Positions 49,102-59,236 of a stretch of DNA of 64,000 nucleotides are shown here, piece by piece. Numbering within the stretch: position 1 is the stretch's first letter; each line of letters opens with the position of its first letter. A program made the position numbers and the translations under genes. The notes beneath the pieces are model-generated. The model was not told the DNA's origin and ran no database searches. It was given only the letters and a program-made list of their open reading frames with translations. Source of the stretch: Akkermansiaceae bacterium. GTDB lineage: Bacteria > Verrucomicrobiota > Verrucomicrobiia > Verrucomicrobiales > Akkermansiaceae. The stretch is taken from contig JBPOGF010000019.1 of NCBI GenBank assembly GCA_051251915.1, positions 36,126-100,125 on the forward strand, read 5' to 3'.

Positions 49102-49140
49102 TTGACATCGAAGTGTACTAAAGTGTATCAATGTGTGTCA
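49102..49140 (+). promoter_or_regulatory. dcw promoter: -35 TTGACA overlapped by 10-bp-period MraZ-type repeats
   Basis: TTGACA at 49102-49107, then AAGTGTACTA / AAGTGTATCA / ATGTGTGTCA at 49111-49140. Confidence 0.7.
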
Positions 49141-49161
49141 TTGAGAACTACTAGACACTAA

Positions 49162-49626
49162 ATGAGCGAAAATGAACATGCCTTGCAGGGCGATTTTGAA
49201 CACAAACTGGATCCTAAGAATAGGCTTTCAGTGCCTGCAGATTGGCGTCAATTAGCTGGTGGTGGTGTTTTGCGGTTACTTCAGTCTTCTAAGTATAATG
49301 TTAAGACGCTAAGGGTGTTAACTGAGGGGGAGTATGACGATATGCTAAATACAGTGGATGGAATGGAGAACTGGACGCCTGCGGAAAAGAAGAACATGAA
49401 AGGTAGGCTTCATGCCAGCTGTCTAAAGACTTCAATGAGTGATCAGGGGAAGTTGCTGATACCCAAGGCGTGGTGTGAAAAACCAGGTTTAGAGGCAGGG
49501 GAAATGGTGAAATTAGTGGGGCGAGGGACTTATTTTGAGATTCTGAACCTAGGGAATTACGAAATAATGGTAGAGCGAGAGAAAGCAGAGACTACGAGAC
49601 TGAATGACGAAGTCGGCTTCTTCTAA
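49162..49626 (+). CDS. mraZ: Transcriptional regulator MraZ
   Basis: G.FEHKLDPKNRLSVPADWR and second repeat SDQGKLLIPK...VGRG..FEI; first gene of the dcw cluster. Confidence 0.88.
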   Translation: MSENEHALQGDFEHKLDPKNRLSVPADWRQLAGGGVLRLLQSSKYNVKTLRVLTEGEYDDMLNTVDGMENWTPAEKKNMKGRLHASCLKTSMSDQGKLLIPKAWCEKPGLEAGEMVKLVGRGTYFEILNLGNYEIMVEREKAETTRLNDEVGFF

Positions 49627-49650
49627 AAATTTTAAAGAAAATATAACAAT

Positions 49651-50733
49651 ATGAATAGACTAAATCCAGCACTAGTAAACGCAGGCATCTCCCCTCAGGC
49701 CGAGATGGGTTCTGTGCTGGGTGGGTGGTTCCGGAATGAGTCAGTGAATCAGGAGTCTAGTGGTAGTGGAGGTGGTGATGACTTGGGTTATTATCATGAA
49801 ACTGTTCTTTTAGAGGAAGCTGTGCATTTTATGGCACCAGCTAAGGGTAAGGTTTTGATCGATGGTACTCTTGGCGGGGGAGGGCATACTGAAAAAATGT
49901 TAGAAAGTGGTGCTGTGGTTTACGGAGTAGACCGAGATCCTCAGGCGCTAGAGTATGCGGGCAAACGTTTGGCTAGATTTGGCGATAATTTCAGACCAGT
50001 GAAAGGGAATTATACTGATTCTCTCCAGCATATGCAGGAGCGTGGAGTTGCTGGTGTGGATGGTGTTTTGGTCGATCTTGGTGTTTCTTCATGGCAGTTT
50101 GATGAGGCGGAGCGTGGGTTTTCCTTTTCCAAGGATGGCCCTCTCGACATGCGCATGGGTGATGAGGGCGTGACAGCTGGTGACATCGTGAACAACTGGG
50201 ATGAGGCCGATTTGGCACGTATATTCTGGGAGTATGGGGAGGAGAGATCATCAAGGAAGATTGCTAAGCGTATTTGTGAACATAGAAATGCGGCGCCTTA
50301 TCTAACTACTACTCAATTAGCTGAGAGTATTGAGAAGTGGTGTCCTCGAATGGGTAAGAGGATTCATCCAGCTACGAAAGTGTTTCAGGCACTAAGGATA
50401 GAGGTGAATGATGAGTTGGGTTCGCTTCGTGGGTTGCTAGATTCTGCGGCTGAGTTGCTCAATCCAGGAGGGCGACTTTGCGTGATTAGCTTCCATAGTT
50501 TGGAGGATAGGATGGTGAAGAGGTTTCTGAAGGCGACTTCAGCTAAGGAGATCGACAGAAAAGAGTGGCCGGCTCCAAAGCCAAATCCAGAGTATTATTT
50601 TAACATCGTTTCTAGAAAACCAGTTACTGCAAGTGGTGATGAGGTGGGTAGAAATGCTAGATCGAGAAGTGCCATTATGAGAGTGGCTGAGAGAGTGGAT
50701 AACAAGTTTATAGAAGGGGAAGATTTGAAATGA
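49651..50733 (+). CDS. rsmH: 16S rRNA m4C1402 methyltransferase
   Basis: H.TVLL.E, DGTLGGGGH, DLGVSS.Q.D...RGFSF, GPLDMRM, FQALRIEVN, SFHSLEDR. Confidence 0.97.
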   Translation: MNRLNPALVNAGISPQAEMGSVLGGWFRNESVNQESSGSGGGDDLGYYHETVLLEEAVHFMAPAKGKVLIDGTLGGGGHTEKMLESGAVVYGVDRDPQALEYAGKRLARFGDNFRPVKGNYTDSLQHMQERGVAGVDGVLVDLGVSSWQFDEAERGFSFSKDGPLDMRMGDEGVTAGDIVNNWDEADLARIFWEYGEERSSRKIAKRICEHRNAAPYLTTTQLAESIEKWCPRMGKRIHPATKVFQALRIEVNDELGSLRGLLDSAAELLNPGGRLCVISFHSLEDRMVKRFLKATSAKEIDRKEWPAPKPNPEYYFNIVSRKPVTASGDEVGRNARSRSAIMRVAERVDNKFIEGEDLK

Positions 50734-51089
50734 ACGTAAAAAAAACAAAAAAGAAGAATTTTAGCATCAGTGAACTCGTCCTATTGGGCGTCGCAGCCGT
50801 GATCCTTACTGCTGGCGGTATCATGCACGTTTATGCTTCTAATAAGGAGATCGATACCGCTAGGAAAATAGACGCGGTTAAGAAAGAGATCGATGAATAT
50901 TACGCAGGAGTAAATATGACGAATGTCAGAATAGATAGAAATTTAGATCGTTACTTAATGAAGGAGGATTTGCTAGCGCGCGGATCTGAGCTCAGAGAGA
51001 CGGACCCAAGCCAGCTAGAAGTAGTGAAGCCTGGAGCTTCTGGGCCTGGGGGAATAGCTGCTACAACCTCCGCGGACTACGCTCCGTAA
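50730..51089 (+). CDS. ftsL: FtsL-like bitopic cell division protein
   Basis: Position between rsmH and ftsI; basic N-terminus, one TM helix, coiled-coil-like segment. Call rests on synteny. Confidence 0.55.
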   Translation: MNVKKTKKKNFSISELVLLGVAAVILTAGGIMHVYASNKEIDTARKIDAVKKEIDEYYAGVNMTNVRIDRNLDRYLMKEDLLARGSELRETDPSQLEVVKPGASGPGGIAATTSADYAP

Positions 51090-51097
51090 AAAAATTA

Positions 51098-53017
51098 ATG
51101 ATGGATAAACAGACCTACAATCGATGTTTAGCACTCTGCCTGATCTTGGTGATCGGGCTTAGTGCGTTATCTGTTAGGCTGTATTTCCTTCAGGTTGTAG
51201 ATCGCGATAAGTATGCTCAGAAGGCGGGGAATTCTTATGAGAAGACATATCCGTTATTGGCTAAGCGGGGGACTATTGTGGATTGTAACGGTGAGGTGAT
51301 CGCTAAGAGCATCATTTCTAAGACTCTGATCGTAGATAAGTATCATATTAAGGAAGTGCGCACCGTGGTCAGAGGGGTGGCTTGCGAGCAGTTGAGCAAG
51401 ACTCCAGAATGGTATGAGTGGGACGCCAAGACGCGTAGCCGTAATATTAAACTTAGAAGCCGTAAGTTGCTGAATGAGAGTAAGGATAGGCAGTGGATAG
51501 TGGATCGCCACTTGGACTATGCATGTGGCGAGATAGCGACTCCGCTTGGGATGACTAAGGATGAGCTAAAGGCTCTGATTAGCATTGAAGATAGAAGCAT
51601 GGCCGATAAGGTTATCGTGAAAGATATAGCGCCTGACATCGCGTCTAGGCTGAAAGATCTCATTATTAAGAAGCGGATTAAAGGATTCAGGTTCACTGAG
51701 AGCATGAAGAGATTCCACAACTCTCCTGAGTTGCTCACGCATACCACTGGGTATTCATTCCACGGAAAAGGAGATGGTAAGCCGGTTGGGAAGGCTGGGA
51801 TAGAAAAGGCCTGTGAAGAGCATCTCGCTGGTCAAGATGGATTTAAGAAAGAGATGCGAGATCTCTCAGGAGAAGTGATGCCGGCTCATAAAGGGAGTGT
51901 TCACGCGCCGATCAATGGAAATAATGTTCAACTGGCTATCGATATGGGGATACAAGCGATAGTGGATGAGCAGCTCAATGCGGCGGTTCTAGAGTATGAT
52001 CCTGTGAGGGCGACGATCATAGTTATGGATCCAAATACAGGTGACGTTCTTGGGATTGGCAGTAGACCGCATTATAATCTCACTACGCGGGAAGGAATCA
52101 CGACAAGTGAGTTTAATTATGCGCTTCAAGGAGAATATGAACCTGGGTCTACGTTCAAGTTAGTGGCGATTGCTTCGGCATTGAATGAAGGGGTTCGCCA
52201 TCTTAATGATAAAGTATGGTGTCACAACGGATATTATAGAAACCCATCACCGAAATTTACTGTCAGAGACGAGCACGGGAAAGGATACCTTAAAGTTTGG
52301 GAGATAGCTAAAAAATCAAACAATATTGGAACCTATATGCTGGCAAAGCAGGTGGGCTACCGCAAATACATGGATTATGTGCATGATTTTGGATTTGGTC
52401 AGGTCACAGGGGTTGGTCTTGGGGCTGAGAGTGACGGGCTGGTTCGCGATAGCGGGAATATGGTGGATTTCTCCAGATATTCATTTGGCTATGCGCTTCG
52501 GGTCACTCCGATGCAGGTTGCTAATTTCTACTGTGCGATCGCGAATGGAGGTAATTTAATGAAGCCTAGGGTGATCAAAAAGGTGGAAAATTACCTCGGT
52601 GAGACCGTTGTGGAATACAAGCCAGAGGTGGTTCGCCGTGTCATCAGCGAAAGAACAGCGAGAGACTGTAGACAAGCACTCAAAAGTGTGGTTGAAGAGG
52701 GCGGAACCGCTACTAGAGCAGACGTAGAAGGACATACAGAGGGAGGGAAGACCGGAACAGCAGAAATCTGGGACAACAAACTTAAGGAATACAGCAAAAC
52801 GAGAAAGACAGTTTCTTTCGCGGGAATGCTGCCAATCGAAGATCCTCAATTCGTCTGCGTTGTGGTGGTCCAAGAACCAAGAGCACAAAAAGATTATAAC
52901 TTCGGAGGCGGCACGGTAGCAGCCCCGATATGGAAAGAAACCATGAAGCAGATCGCTGCTTATCGAAATTTAACACCAACTGAGGAGGTGAAAACCACCT
53001 TGGGTAGAACACCATGA
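51098..53017 (+). CDS. ftsI: Class B penicillin-binding protein (PBP3)
   Basis: KRGTIVD, YEPGSTFK (SxxK), SNN, GKTGTA; dcw position. Confidence 0.92.
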   Translation: MMDKQTYNRCLALCLILVIGLSALSVRLYFLQVVDRDKYAQKAGNSYEKTYPLLAKRGTIVDCNGEVIAKSIISKTLIVDKYHIKEVRTVVRGVACEQLSKTPEWYEWDAKTRSRNIKLRSRKLLNESKDRQWIVDRHLDYACGEIATPLGMTKDELKALISIEDRSMADKVIVKDIAPDIASRLKDLIIKKRIKGFRFTESMKRFHNSPELLTHTTGYSFHGKGDGKPVGKAGIEKACEEHLAGQDGFKKEMRDLSGEVMPAHKGSVHAPINGNNVQLAIDMGIQAIVDEQLNAAVLEYDPVRATIIVMDPNTGDVLGIGSRPHYNLTTREGITTSEFNYALQGEYEPGSTFKLVAIASALNEGVRHLNDKVWCHNGYYRNPSPKFTVRDEHGKGYLKVWEIAKKSNNIGTYMLAKQVGYRKYMDYVHDFGFGQVTGVGLGAESDGLVRDSGNMVDFSRYSFGYALRVTPMQVANFYCAIANGGNLMKPRVIKKVENYLGETVVEYKPEVVRRVISERTARDCRQALKSVVEEGGTATRADVEGHTEGGKTGTAEIWDNKLKEYSKTRKTVSFAGMLPIEDPQFVCVVVVQEPRAQKDYNFGGGTVAAPIWKETMKQIAAYRNLTPTEEVKTTLGRTP

Positions 53018-54594
53018 AATTAAACGAAGTCATCAAGAACCTAGAAAATCCAGTTGTCTCAGGAGACAGCGGAGTAGAGGTAAGTTTTTTAACATCCGAT
53101 AGTCGTGAAGTCAAAGAGGGCGCATTATTTGTCGCTATTTCTGGCGGCATTGATGGACACCAATTTATCGATAAAGCGATTGAAATGGGAGCTGTAGCCA
53201 TCGTGGCTGAACAGGCTCCGAGTCCGGAGCAGTCAGCAAAAGTAGCTTGGGTTCATACCCGACGCACAGGTCAGGTATTAGCTGAGCTAGCAAATACTTT
53301 GAATAGTTATCCTTCAGATGCGCTTAAGGTGATAGGGGTGACTGGTACGAATGGTAAGACAACGACTACCTACTTGATCCATCACATCATGAAGGATGTC
53401 TGGAGAAGAGCAGGTTTGCTAGGAACGATCAAATTTGATGATGGGTTGGAAGTCTCAGACGCGACTCATACCACACCTGGTGCTGTGAAGCTGCATAAGT
53501 TACTCAGACAAATGGCTGATAACGAATGCCGTGGCGTGGCCATGGAGGTAAGTTCTCATGGTCTTGAGCAGAAACGTGTGGGGAGTGTGAACTTTGATGT
53601 AGGGGTATTTTCAAACCTCACTCAAGATCATCTAGATTATCATGGTGACATGAATAATTACTTCAAAGCAAAACTTGCGCTCTTCGAACAAATGATCGCG
53701 ATGAAAGAAGCGGGAAGTGAGAAGAAGTCAGTCGCTGTGATTAATACGGATGATAATTACGGTCAACGTATGGTGAAGGCTATCGATGGGCGTATGTCAG
53801 TCTGGACTTATGGGATGAATGCTCACTCAGATTTCAAATTCTCAAAGATTCGTCAGACCTTCAAGGGCTCATCATTCCAGCTTGATGTTAAAGGGAAATC
53901 TTATCTGGTGCAGGTGCCATTGATCGGGAAATTTAATGTTTACAATGTGGTCAGTGCGATCACGGCTTGTGCTGCGGCGGGGATGAAAGTGCGTGATGCT
54001 GTGAAGTCTCTCACAGAAGCTCCACAAGTTCCTGGACGCATGGAAAATGTGGGTAATGTAAATGGTATGAGTGTCTTTGTGGACTACGCACATACTCCAG
54101 ATGCACTTAAAAATGCGTGTGCAACGATGCGTGAACTTGAACCTAGAAATCTGATCACAGTCTTTGGTTGTGGTGGCGATAGGGACAATAGTAAACGTCC
54201 TCTAATGGGGCAGGCTGCAGTGGAGAGTAGTGAGTTCTGTATTGTGACTTCTGATAATCCACGCAGTGAAGATCCGGAGGCTATCATCAAGATGGTGGAA
54301 GCTGGCATGGTGGGTAAGAAATACCATGTGATTGTAGATAGAGCTGAGGCTATAGAAGCAGCGGTGAACTTTGCAAGACCAGGTGATGCTATTTTGATCG
54401 CAGGTAAGGGGCATGAAACGTATCAACAATTTGCGGATGAGACTATAAAATTTGATGACAGAGCAGTAGCTAGAAGGGTCCTAAGCGATTTGCGCGTAGG
54501 AGATCTTAAAGAGCGAATGGCCAAAGTAAAAGAACAGGAGGATAACGCCAAAAAATTCCAGAGAGGGGACGACAATGAACGCGACCGCGGTTAA
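53014..54594 (+). CDS. murE: UDP-MurNAc-tripeptide synthetase (meso-DAP type, DNPR motif)
   Basis: GVTGTNGKTT, MEVSSH, DHLDYH, DYAHTPD, FGCGGDRD, SDNPR, AGKGHE. Confidence 0.97.
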   Translation: MKLNEVIKNLENPVVSGDSGVEVSFLTSDSREVKEGALFVAISGGIDGHQFIDKAIEMGAVAIVAEQAPSPEQSAKVAWVHTRRTGQVLAELANTLNSYPSDALKVIGVTGTNGKTTTTYLIHHIMKDVWRRAGLLGTIKFDDGLEVSDATHTTPGAVKLHKLLRQMADNECRGVAMEVSSHGLEQKRVGSVNFDVGVFSNLTQDHLDYHGDMNNYFKAKLALFEQMIAMKEAGSEKKSVAVINTDDNYGQRMVKAIDGRMSVWTYGMNAHSDFKFSKIRQTFKGSSFQLDVKGKSYLVQVPLIGKFNVYNVVSAITACAAAGMKVRDAVKSLTEAPQVPGRMENVGNVNGMSVFVDYAHTPDALKNACATMRELEPRNLITVFGCGGDRDNSKRPLMGQAAVESSEFCIVTSDNPRSEDPEAIIKMVEAGMVGKKYHVIVDRAEAIEAAVNFARPGDAILIAGKGHETYQQFADETIKFDDRAVARRVLSDLRVGDLKERMAKVKEQEDNAKKFQRGDDNERDRG

Positions 54595-55960
54595 AGAATT
54601 ACTTGCATCAGTGAGTGGAACTATTCATCAAGGATCTGAGGATACCTTGATCGAATCTGTTTCTACTGATACAAGGAATATTAAATCAAAATGCGCATTC
54701 TTTGCCCTGAGTGGTGAACGGTTTGACGCACATGATTTCCTTGCTCAAGCAATTGACGGTGGAGCGGAAGTTCTTGTAGTGAGTCGAATTCCAGAGGGTG
54801 TGGATTTCGGTGGTGTGACAGTGGTAAAAGTGGAGGATACACTTACGGCGTTGCAGCAATTTGCAGCGTGGTATCGTCGTAGTCTGGATATCAAAGTGAT
54901 AGGGATTACTGGATCAAATGGTAAGACTAGCACTAAGGATTTTACGAAGGCAGTGGTTGGTGAGAAATTCAAAGTCACGGCAACAGTTGGAAATTTCAAT
55001 AACCACATTGGTCTACCGCTCAGTATATTAGCTACAGAGGGGGAGCATGAAGTCTGCATCTGGGAGATGGGGATGAGTAACCCTGGCGAGATAGCTCCAC
55101 TCTGCTGCATTGCGCAACCAGATATTGGGATTATAACGAACATTGGGACTGCTCATATTGAGTTCATGGGGAGTGTTGAGGCTATAGCGGAGGAGAAAGG
55201 AGAGCTGGTGAAATGCTTACCTGAGGACGGGATATTCATCGTGTCAGCCGCTTGTTCATACATCGATTATTTCAACGCTAGAACTAAAGCAAAGACTCTT
55301 ATCGTAGGAAATGGTAGAGGTGCAGTGAGGGCTGATAATTTAATTATGACGGCTCTTGGCTCAGCATTTGATCTGATTATCTTAGATGAACGCCCGGTCA
55401 GGGTGAACCTTCCCGTCGTAGGTCGGCACATGGTTGCAAATGCACTATTAGCCGCTGGTGCGGGGCATGCATTGGGAATGACTGCTTCAGATATAGCGGC
55501 AGGTCTGAACAAGGCTTCTCTAACAAGTGGTCGATTAAGAGCCTATGAGAGTAACGGAGTGACTATCTTTGATGATACCTATAACGCCAATCCAGAGTCT
55601 GTGACGGCAGCGATAGATACCCTAACTGAACTGAATGACCCGGAGGTAACTGTGGGTGAGAAGTATGTTGTTTTAGGTCATATGGCAGAACTTGGTGAAC
55701 ATGCGGGTAAGGCTCACGATGATATAGGTAGGTTAGCTGCTAGAAGAGAGATATTTACCGTTTCTGTAGGTGAGGCAGCAGCAGGGATCACAGAGGGGGC
55801 ATTAGCAGCAGGTGGTAGGGCTAAGCATTTTAATCAGCAAGACGAAGCGGCGAAGTGGCTGCAAAACACATGCGCGAGTGGAGACGTGGTTCTATTTAAA
55901 GGGAGCCGCTCGGCAGGAATGGAAAAAATAATGAACCAAGCATTTTCAAAAACAAACTAA
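54575..55960 (+). CDS. murF: UDP-MurNAc-pentapeptide synthetase
   Basis: STDTR, GITGSNGKTSTK, NNHIGLP, EMGMS, DDTYNANP, KGSR. Confidence 0.96.
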   Translation: MNATAVKELLASVSGTIHQGSEDTLIESVSTDTRNIKSKCAFFALSGERFDAHDFLAQAIDGGAEVLVVSRIPEGVDFGGVTVVKVEDTLTALQQFAAWYRRSLDIKVIGITGSNGKTSTKDFTKAVVGEKFKVTATVGNFNNHIGLPLSILATEGEHEVCIWEMGMSNPGEIAPLCCIAQPDIGIITNIGTAHIEFMGSVEAIAEEKGELVKCLPEDGIFIVSAACSYIDYFNARTKAKTLIVGNGRGAVRADNLIMTALGSAFDLIILDERPVRVNLPVVGRHMVANALLAAGAGHALGMTASDIAAGLNKASLTSGRLRAYESNGVTIFDDTYNANPESVTAAIDTLTELNDPEVTVGEKYVVLGHMAELGEHAGKAHDDIGRLAARREIFTVSVGEAAAGITEGALAAGGRAKHFNQQDEAAKWLQNTCASGDVVLFKGSRSAGMEKIMNQAFSKTN

Positions 55961-55963
55961 ACG

Positions 55964-57229
55964 ATGTTATATTTAATTTATCAATGGTGGAATGAGGCGA
56001 ACCAAGCAGGTGCGTCATGGGCAGAGACGTTTAGTTTTCTCAATATTTTCAAGTATCTCACGGTGCGTGCCGCGCTGGCATGTTTGTTTGCATTTGGACT
56101 TTCTCTTTGGCTTGGGCCACGTGTTATACGTAGATTAATTTCACTTAAGGTGGGGCAGCCAATCAGAACCGCGGAAGAGGTTCACAAACTTCACGAACTC
56201 CATGGGGCAAAAGCGGGAACACCAACGATGGGCGGAGTGATGATCATAGGAACTATCACTATAGCTGTCCTTCTTTGCGGGCAAATCTGGAATCCATTTG
56301 TGGGAGTGACTATGTTTGTGATGCTGGGCTTAGGTGCACTAGGTTTCCTGGATGATTACACTAAGGTGAAGTTAAAAAACTCTGAAGGTGTAAGCTCTAG
56401 ATTTAAGCTAGTCTGGCAGGCTGGTGTGGCGGCAGTGGCTTCTATATTCCTCTTTTTCAGCACTGGTGTGGAAGGTGAAGTGCTAGCAACTGAGAAGGCG
56501 AAAGTAGAATTTAAAGCGAGTACTGATCGAATGAAGTTGGTGCCATCAGAGGAAATTCCCAGAGAAAACGCATTTTGGGTTAAGGGTAAGGACGGAGCGG
56601 CTGAGCATATGCCGATCAGTGCTGTGGGTATTCCGCTTCTGAAGCGTCCGATCATTGATCTATCCTATGTAGCGATTCCATTTTTCATCTTTATTATCAT
56701 TGGGGCTTCCAATGCGGTAAACTTAACTGATGGTCTAGATGGCTTAGCGAGTGGGTGCACTATTACGACTTGTATTGCCTATGCGGTGATAGCATACCTC
56801 GCTGGAAATATCATTTCATTCTCAAGAATCCACATCCCGTTTAATCCGCAACTTAGTGAATTAGCAGTGTTTATTATGGCTATGGTGGGAGCTGCATTTG
56901 GATTCCTTTGGTATAATTGTCACCCTGCGAAAGTTTTCATGGGTGATACTGGGTCACTCGCAATCGGAGGTAGCATCGGCACGATGGCGATCTGCACTAA
57001 GCAGGAGTTTCTTCTTGTGATCATTGGGTTCGTCTTTGTGATGGAAGCAGTGTCAGTGATCTTACAGGTGGGGAGTTTCAAAATGCGCGGTAAACGGATC
57101 TTTGCGATGGCGCCTATTCACCATCATTTCGAACTTAGAGGCTGGCATGAGAGCCAGGTTATTATCAGATTCTGGATCATCTCCATCATCTGTGCATTTA
57201 TTGGACTATCGTTATTAAAAGTAGTATGA
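55964..57229 (+). CDS. mraY: Phospho-MurNAc-pentapeptide transferase
   Basis: GTPTMGG, FLDDY.K, NAVNLTDGLDGL, FMGDTGS, MAPIHHHFE. Confidence 0.97.
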   Translation: MLYLIYQWWNEANQAGASWAETFSFLNIFKYLTVRAALACLFAFGLSLWLGPRVIRRLISLKVGQPIRTAEEVHKLHELHGAKAGTPTMGGVMIIGTITIAVLLCGQIWNPFVGVTMFVMLGLGALGFLDDYTKVKLKNSEGVSSRFKLVWQAGVAAVASIFLFFSTGVEGEVLATEKAKVEFKASTDRMKLVPSEEIPRENAFWVKGKDGAAEHMPISAVGIPLLKRPIIDLSYVAIPFFIFIIIGASNAVNLTDGLDGLASGCTITTCIAYAVIAYLAGNIISFSRIHIPFNPQLSELAVFIMAMVGAAFGFLWYNCHPAKVFMGDTGSLAIGGSIGTMAICTKQEFLLVIIGFVFVMEAVSVILQVGSFKMRGKRIFAMAPIHHHFELRGWHESQVIIRFWIISIICAFIGLSLLKVV

Positions 57230-58527
57230 CCATCAAAGGAAAAACAGTTCACGTTCTAGGAGCAGGAAGAAGCGGTAGGGCAGCAGCCCTGCTAGCAGCG
57301 TCTCGTGGAGCCATCGTGACGCTGTTTGACTCATCAGATGAGATTACTAATGTTCCTGAGAGTATCACCGTTCATCCTAAAGCGACGATTGAGACAGGGA
57401 AAAACTCATCCTGCGACCTGTTGGTGATTTCACCTGGAATAGATACGTTTGGTGATTATGTGGCGGCATTTTCAGAACATGCTGGGGAGATGATAGGCGA
57501 GACTGAGCTTGGGTTCAGTTTCTACGAGGGTAAGATAGTAGCTATTACTGGGACTAATGGTAAGACAACGACAACTGAGCTGGTGCAGAGAATTATGTCA
57601 TATAGTGGGACTAGTTGTGTGGCTTGCGGAAACTACGGTATACCGCTATCCGAAGTGGTAATGCTTGATGAAGTGCCTGAATCTATTGCGCTAGAGTTAA
57701 GTTCTTTTCAGTTAGAAACCATCAAGGATCTGAAGCCTGATGTTGCGGTTTGGTTAAATTTTGATGCTGATCACATGGATCGCTACACATGTATTGAAGA
57801 TTACAAGAGTGCAAAACTTCGCATTTTTGAGAATCAGACTGAACAGGATTTTGCACTCATAAGAGAAGGTGAAGATGTTGGTGAGTTAAAAGCTAAGAAA
57901 CTTACCTTCACGACCGAGTCTCAAGATACAGATTTCACTCTAACGGATCGATGGATTTGTTTCCGTGGTGAACAGCTTTTAGATCTAGAAGATACACGTC
58001 TCAGAGGACTTCATAATGCAGAGAACGCGATGGCTGCCATTGGTGCCTGTCTGCAATTAGGAATATCTGTGGATAAGATAGCACCAGCGCTGGCTGGATT
58101 TGCACCGCCGATGCACCGCTGTGAACTGATACGCACTTTAGATGGTGTGGAGTATCTGAACGACAGTAAGGCAACTAATCTACATGCACTCGATAGTGCA
58201 CTTAGAAGTCAGACAAGGCCAGTGGTCTTGATTGCAGGAGGTAAGCAGAAGGGCTTAGACTACACAGCTCTTTTACCGAGACTGAAGCAACACGCACATC
58301 ATGCGATTGTCTTCGGAGAAATTTCAGCCCAGCTAGCAACATTATTTTCACAAGTGGTAGAGACTCATGAGGTCAAAACACTAGAAGAGGCTGTGGCTTT
58401 AAGCACAAAATTAGCCAAGCATGGCGACGCTGTGCTGCTCTCCCCAGGGACTTCATCATTCGACCAGTTCAAAGGTTATGAACATCGAGGTGATGTATTC
58501 CGTGAAGCAGTGAACAAACTAAAGTAA
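57226..58527 (+). CDS. murD: UDP-MurNAc-L-Ala--D-Glu ligase
   Basis: SPGI, TGTNGKTTT, ELSSFQL, DHMDRY, NDSKATN, LSPG.SSFDQF..YE.RG. Confidence 0.97.
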   Translation: MTIKGKTVHVLGAGRSGRAAALLAASRGAIVTLFDSSDEITNVPESITVHPKATIETGKNSSCDLLVISPGIDTFGDYVAAFSEHAGEMIGETELGFSFYEGKIVAITGTNGKTTTTELVQRIMSYSGTSCVACGNYGIPLSEVVMLDEVPESIALELSSFQLETIKDLKPDVAVWLNFDADHMDRYTCIEDYKSAKLRIFENQTEQDFALIREGEDVGELKAKKLTFTTESQDTDFTLTDRWICFRGEQLLDLEDTRLRGLHNAENAMAAIGACLQLGISVDKIAPALAGFAPPMHRCELIRTLDGVEYLNDSKATNLHALDSALRSQTRPVVLIAGGKQKGLDYTALLPRLKQHAHHAIVFGEISAQLATLFSQVVETHEVKTLEEAVALSTKLAKHGDAVLLSPGTSSFDQFKGYEHRGDVFREAVNKLK

Positions 58528-58549
58528 ATCCCCAAACAAGAACAAAAAG

Positions 58550-59218
58550 ATGAAAAAGAACGAAATACAAACTAAGAGAAAAACCCAAAAGGGATTCCGT
58601 GCAATGTATGCGCGAACCGTTGGGAAAAAAGTGAAAGCATCAGCTGCTGCTTCAGCAGATGAGCTAGATGGCGATGTCCCGAATGTGGGTATCGGTAAGG
58701 CGCTCACAGTGATCCTTATTCTACACGTTTTAGCGATTATGGCGATCTATGTAGGAACACAGTGGAAGGACGATGAAGGTAAAACTAAGAGCAATGCCGT
58801 AGCAGTAGATCTTGATAATAAGAGTGCTGAGGAAACTGGCGAGTCTTCTAATAGTAATGCGGGGACTGTGTACTTAGACACTCCATCATCTTATGATTTA
58901 GACAATAATGCTGAGAGTAATTCTGAGAATGGTGATGCGATGAATGACCGCCCAAGTCAAGACCCTGCGCTGTCTGTGGAGCCTAGAAGGCGCACGCCAC
59001 GTGTGATCAAACCAAGACGCGACCCGAACAAAGCCGAGCCAATGTTTCAGGCTGTAGCAGTAGCCTCTTATGGTCATTACAAAATTAAATCTGGAGATAC
59101 TTTCTACAGACTTGCTAAGAAATATAATGTTAAGCAACAAGATCTGATCGATATGAATCCAAATGTGAATGCGAGTAAGATGAAGATTGGGATGATCGTG
59201 AATGTTCCGAAAAATTAA
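58550..59218 (+). CDS. Membrane-anchored LysM-domain protein
   Basis: One TM helix, low-complexity linker, C-terminal YKIKSGDTFYRLAKKYNV...NP...IG..VNVP LysM domain. Confidence 0.9.
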   Translation: MKKNEIQTKRKTQKGFRAMYARTVGKKVKASAAASADELDGDVPNVGIGKALTVILILHVLAIMAIYVGTQWKDDEGKTKSNAVAVDLDNKSAEETGESSNSNAGTVYLDTPSSYDLDNNAESNSENGDAMNDRPSQDPALSVEPRRRTPRVIKPRRDPNKAEPMFQAVAVASYGHYKIKSGDTFYRLAKKYNVKQQDLIDMNPNVNASKMKIGMIVNVPKN

Positions 59219-59236
59219 GACTTACCAGTAAATACG

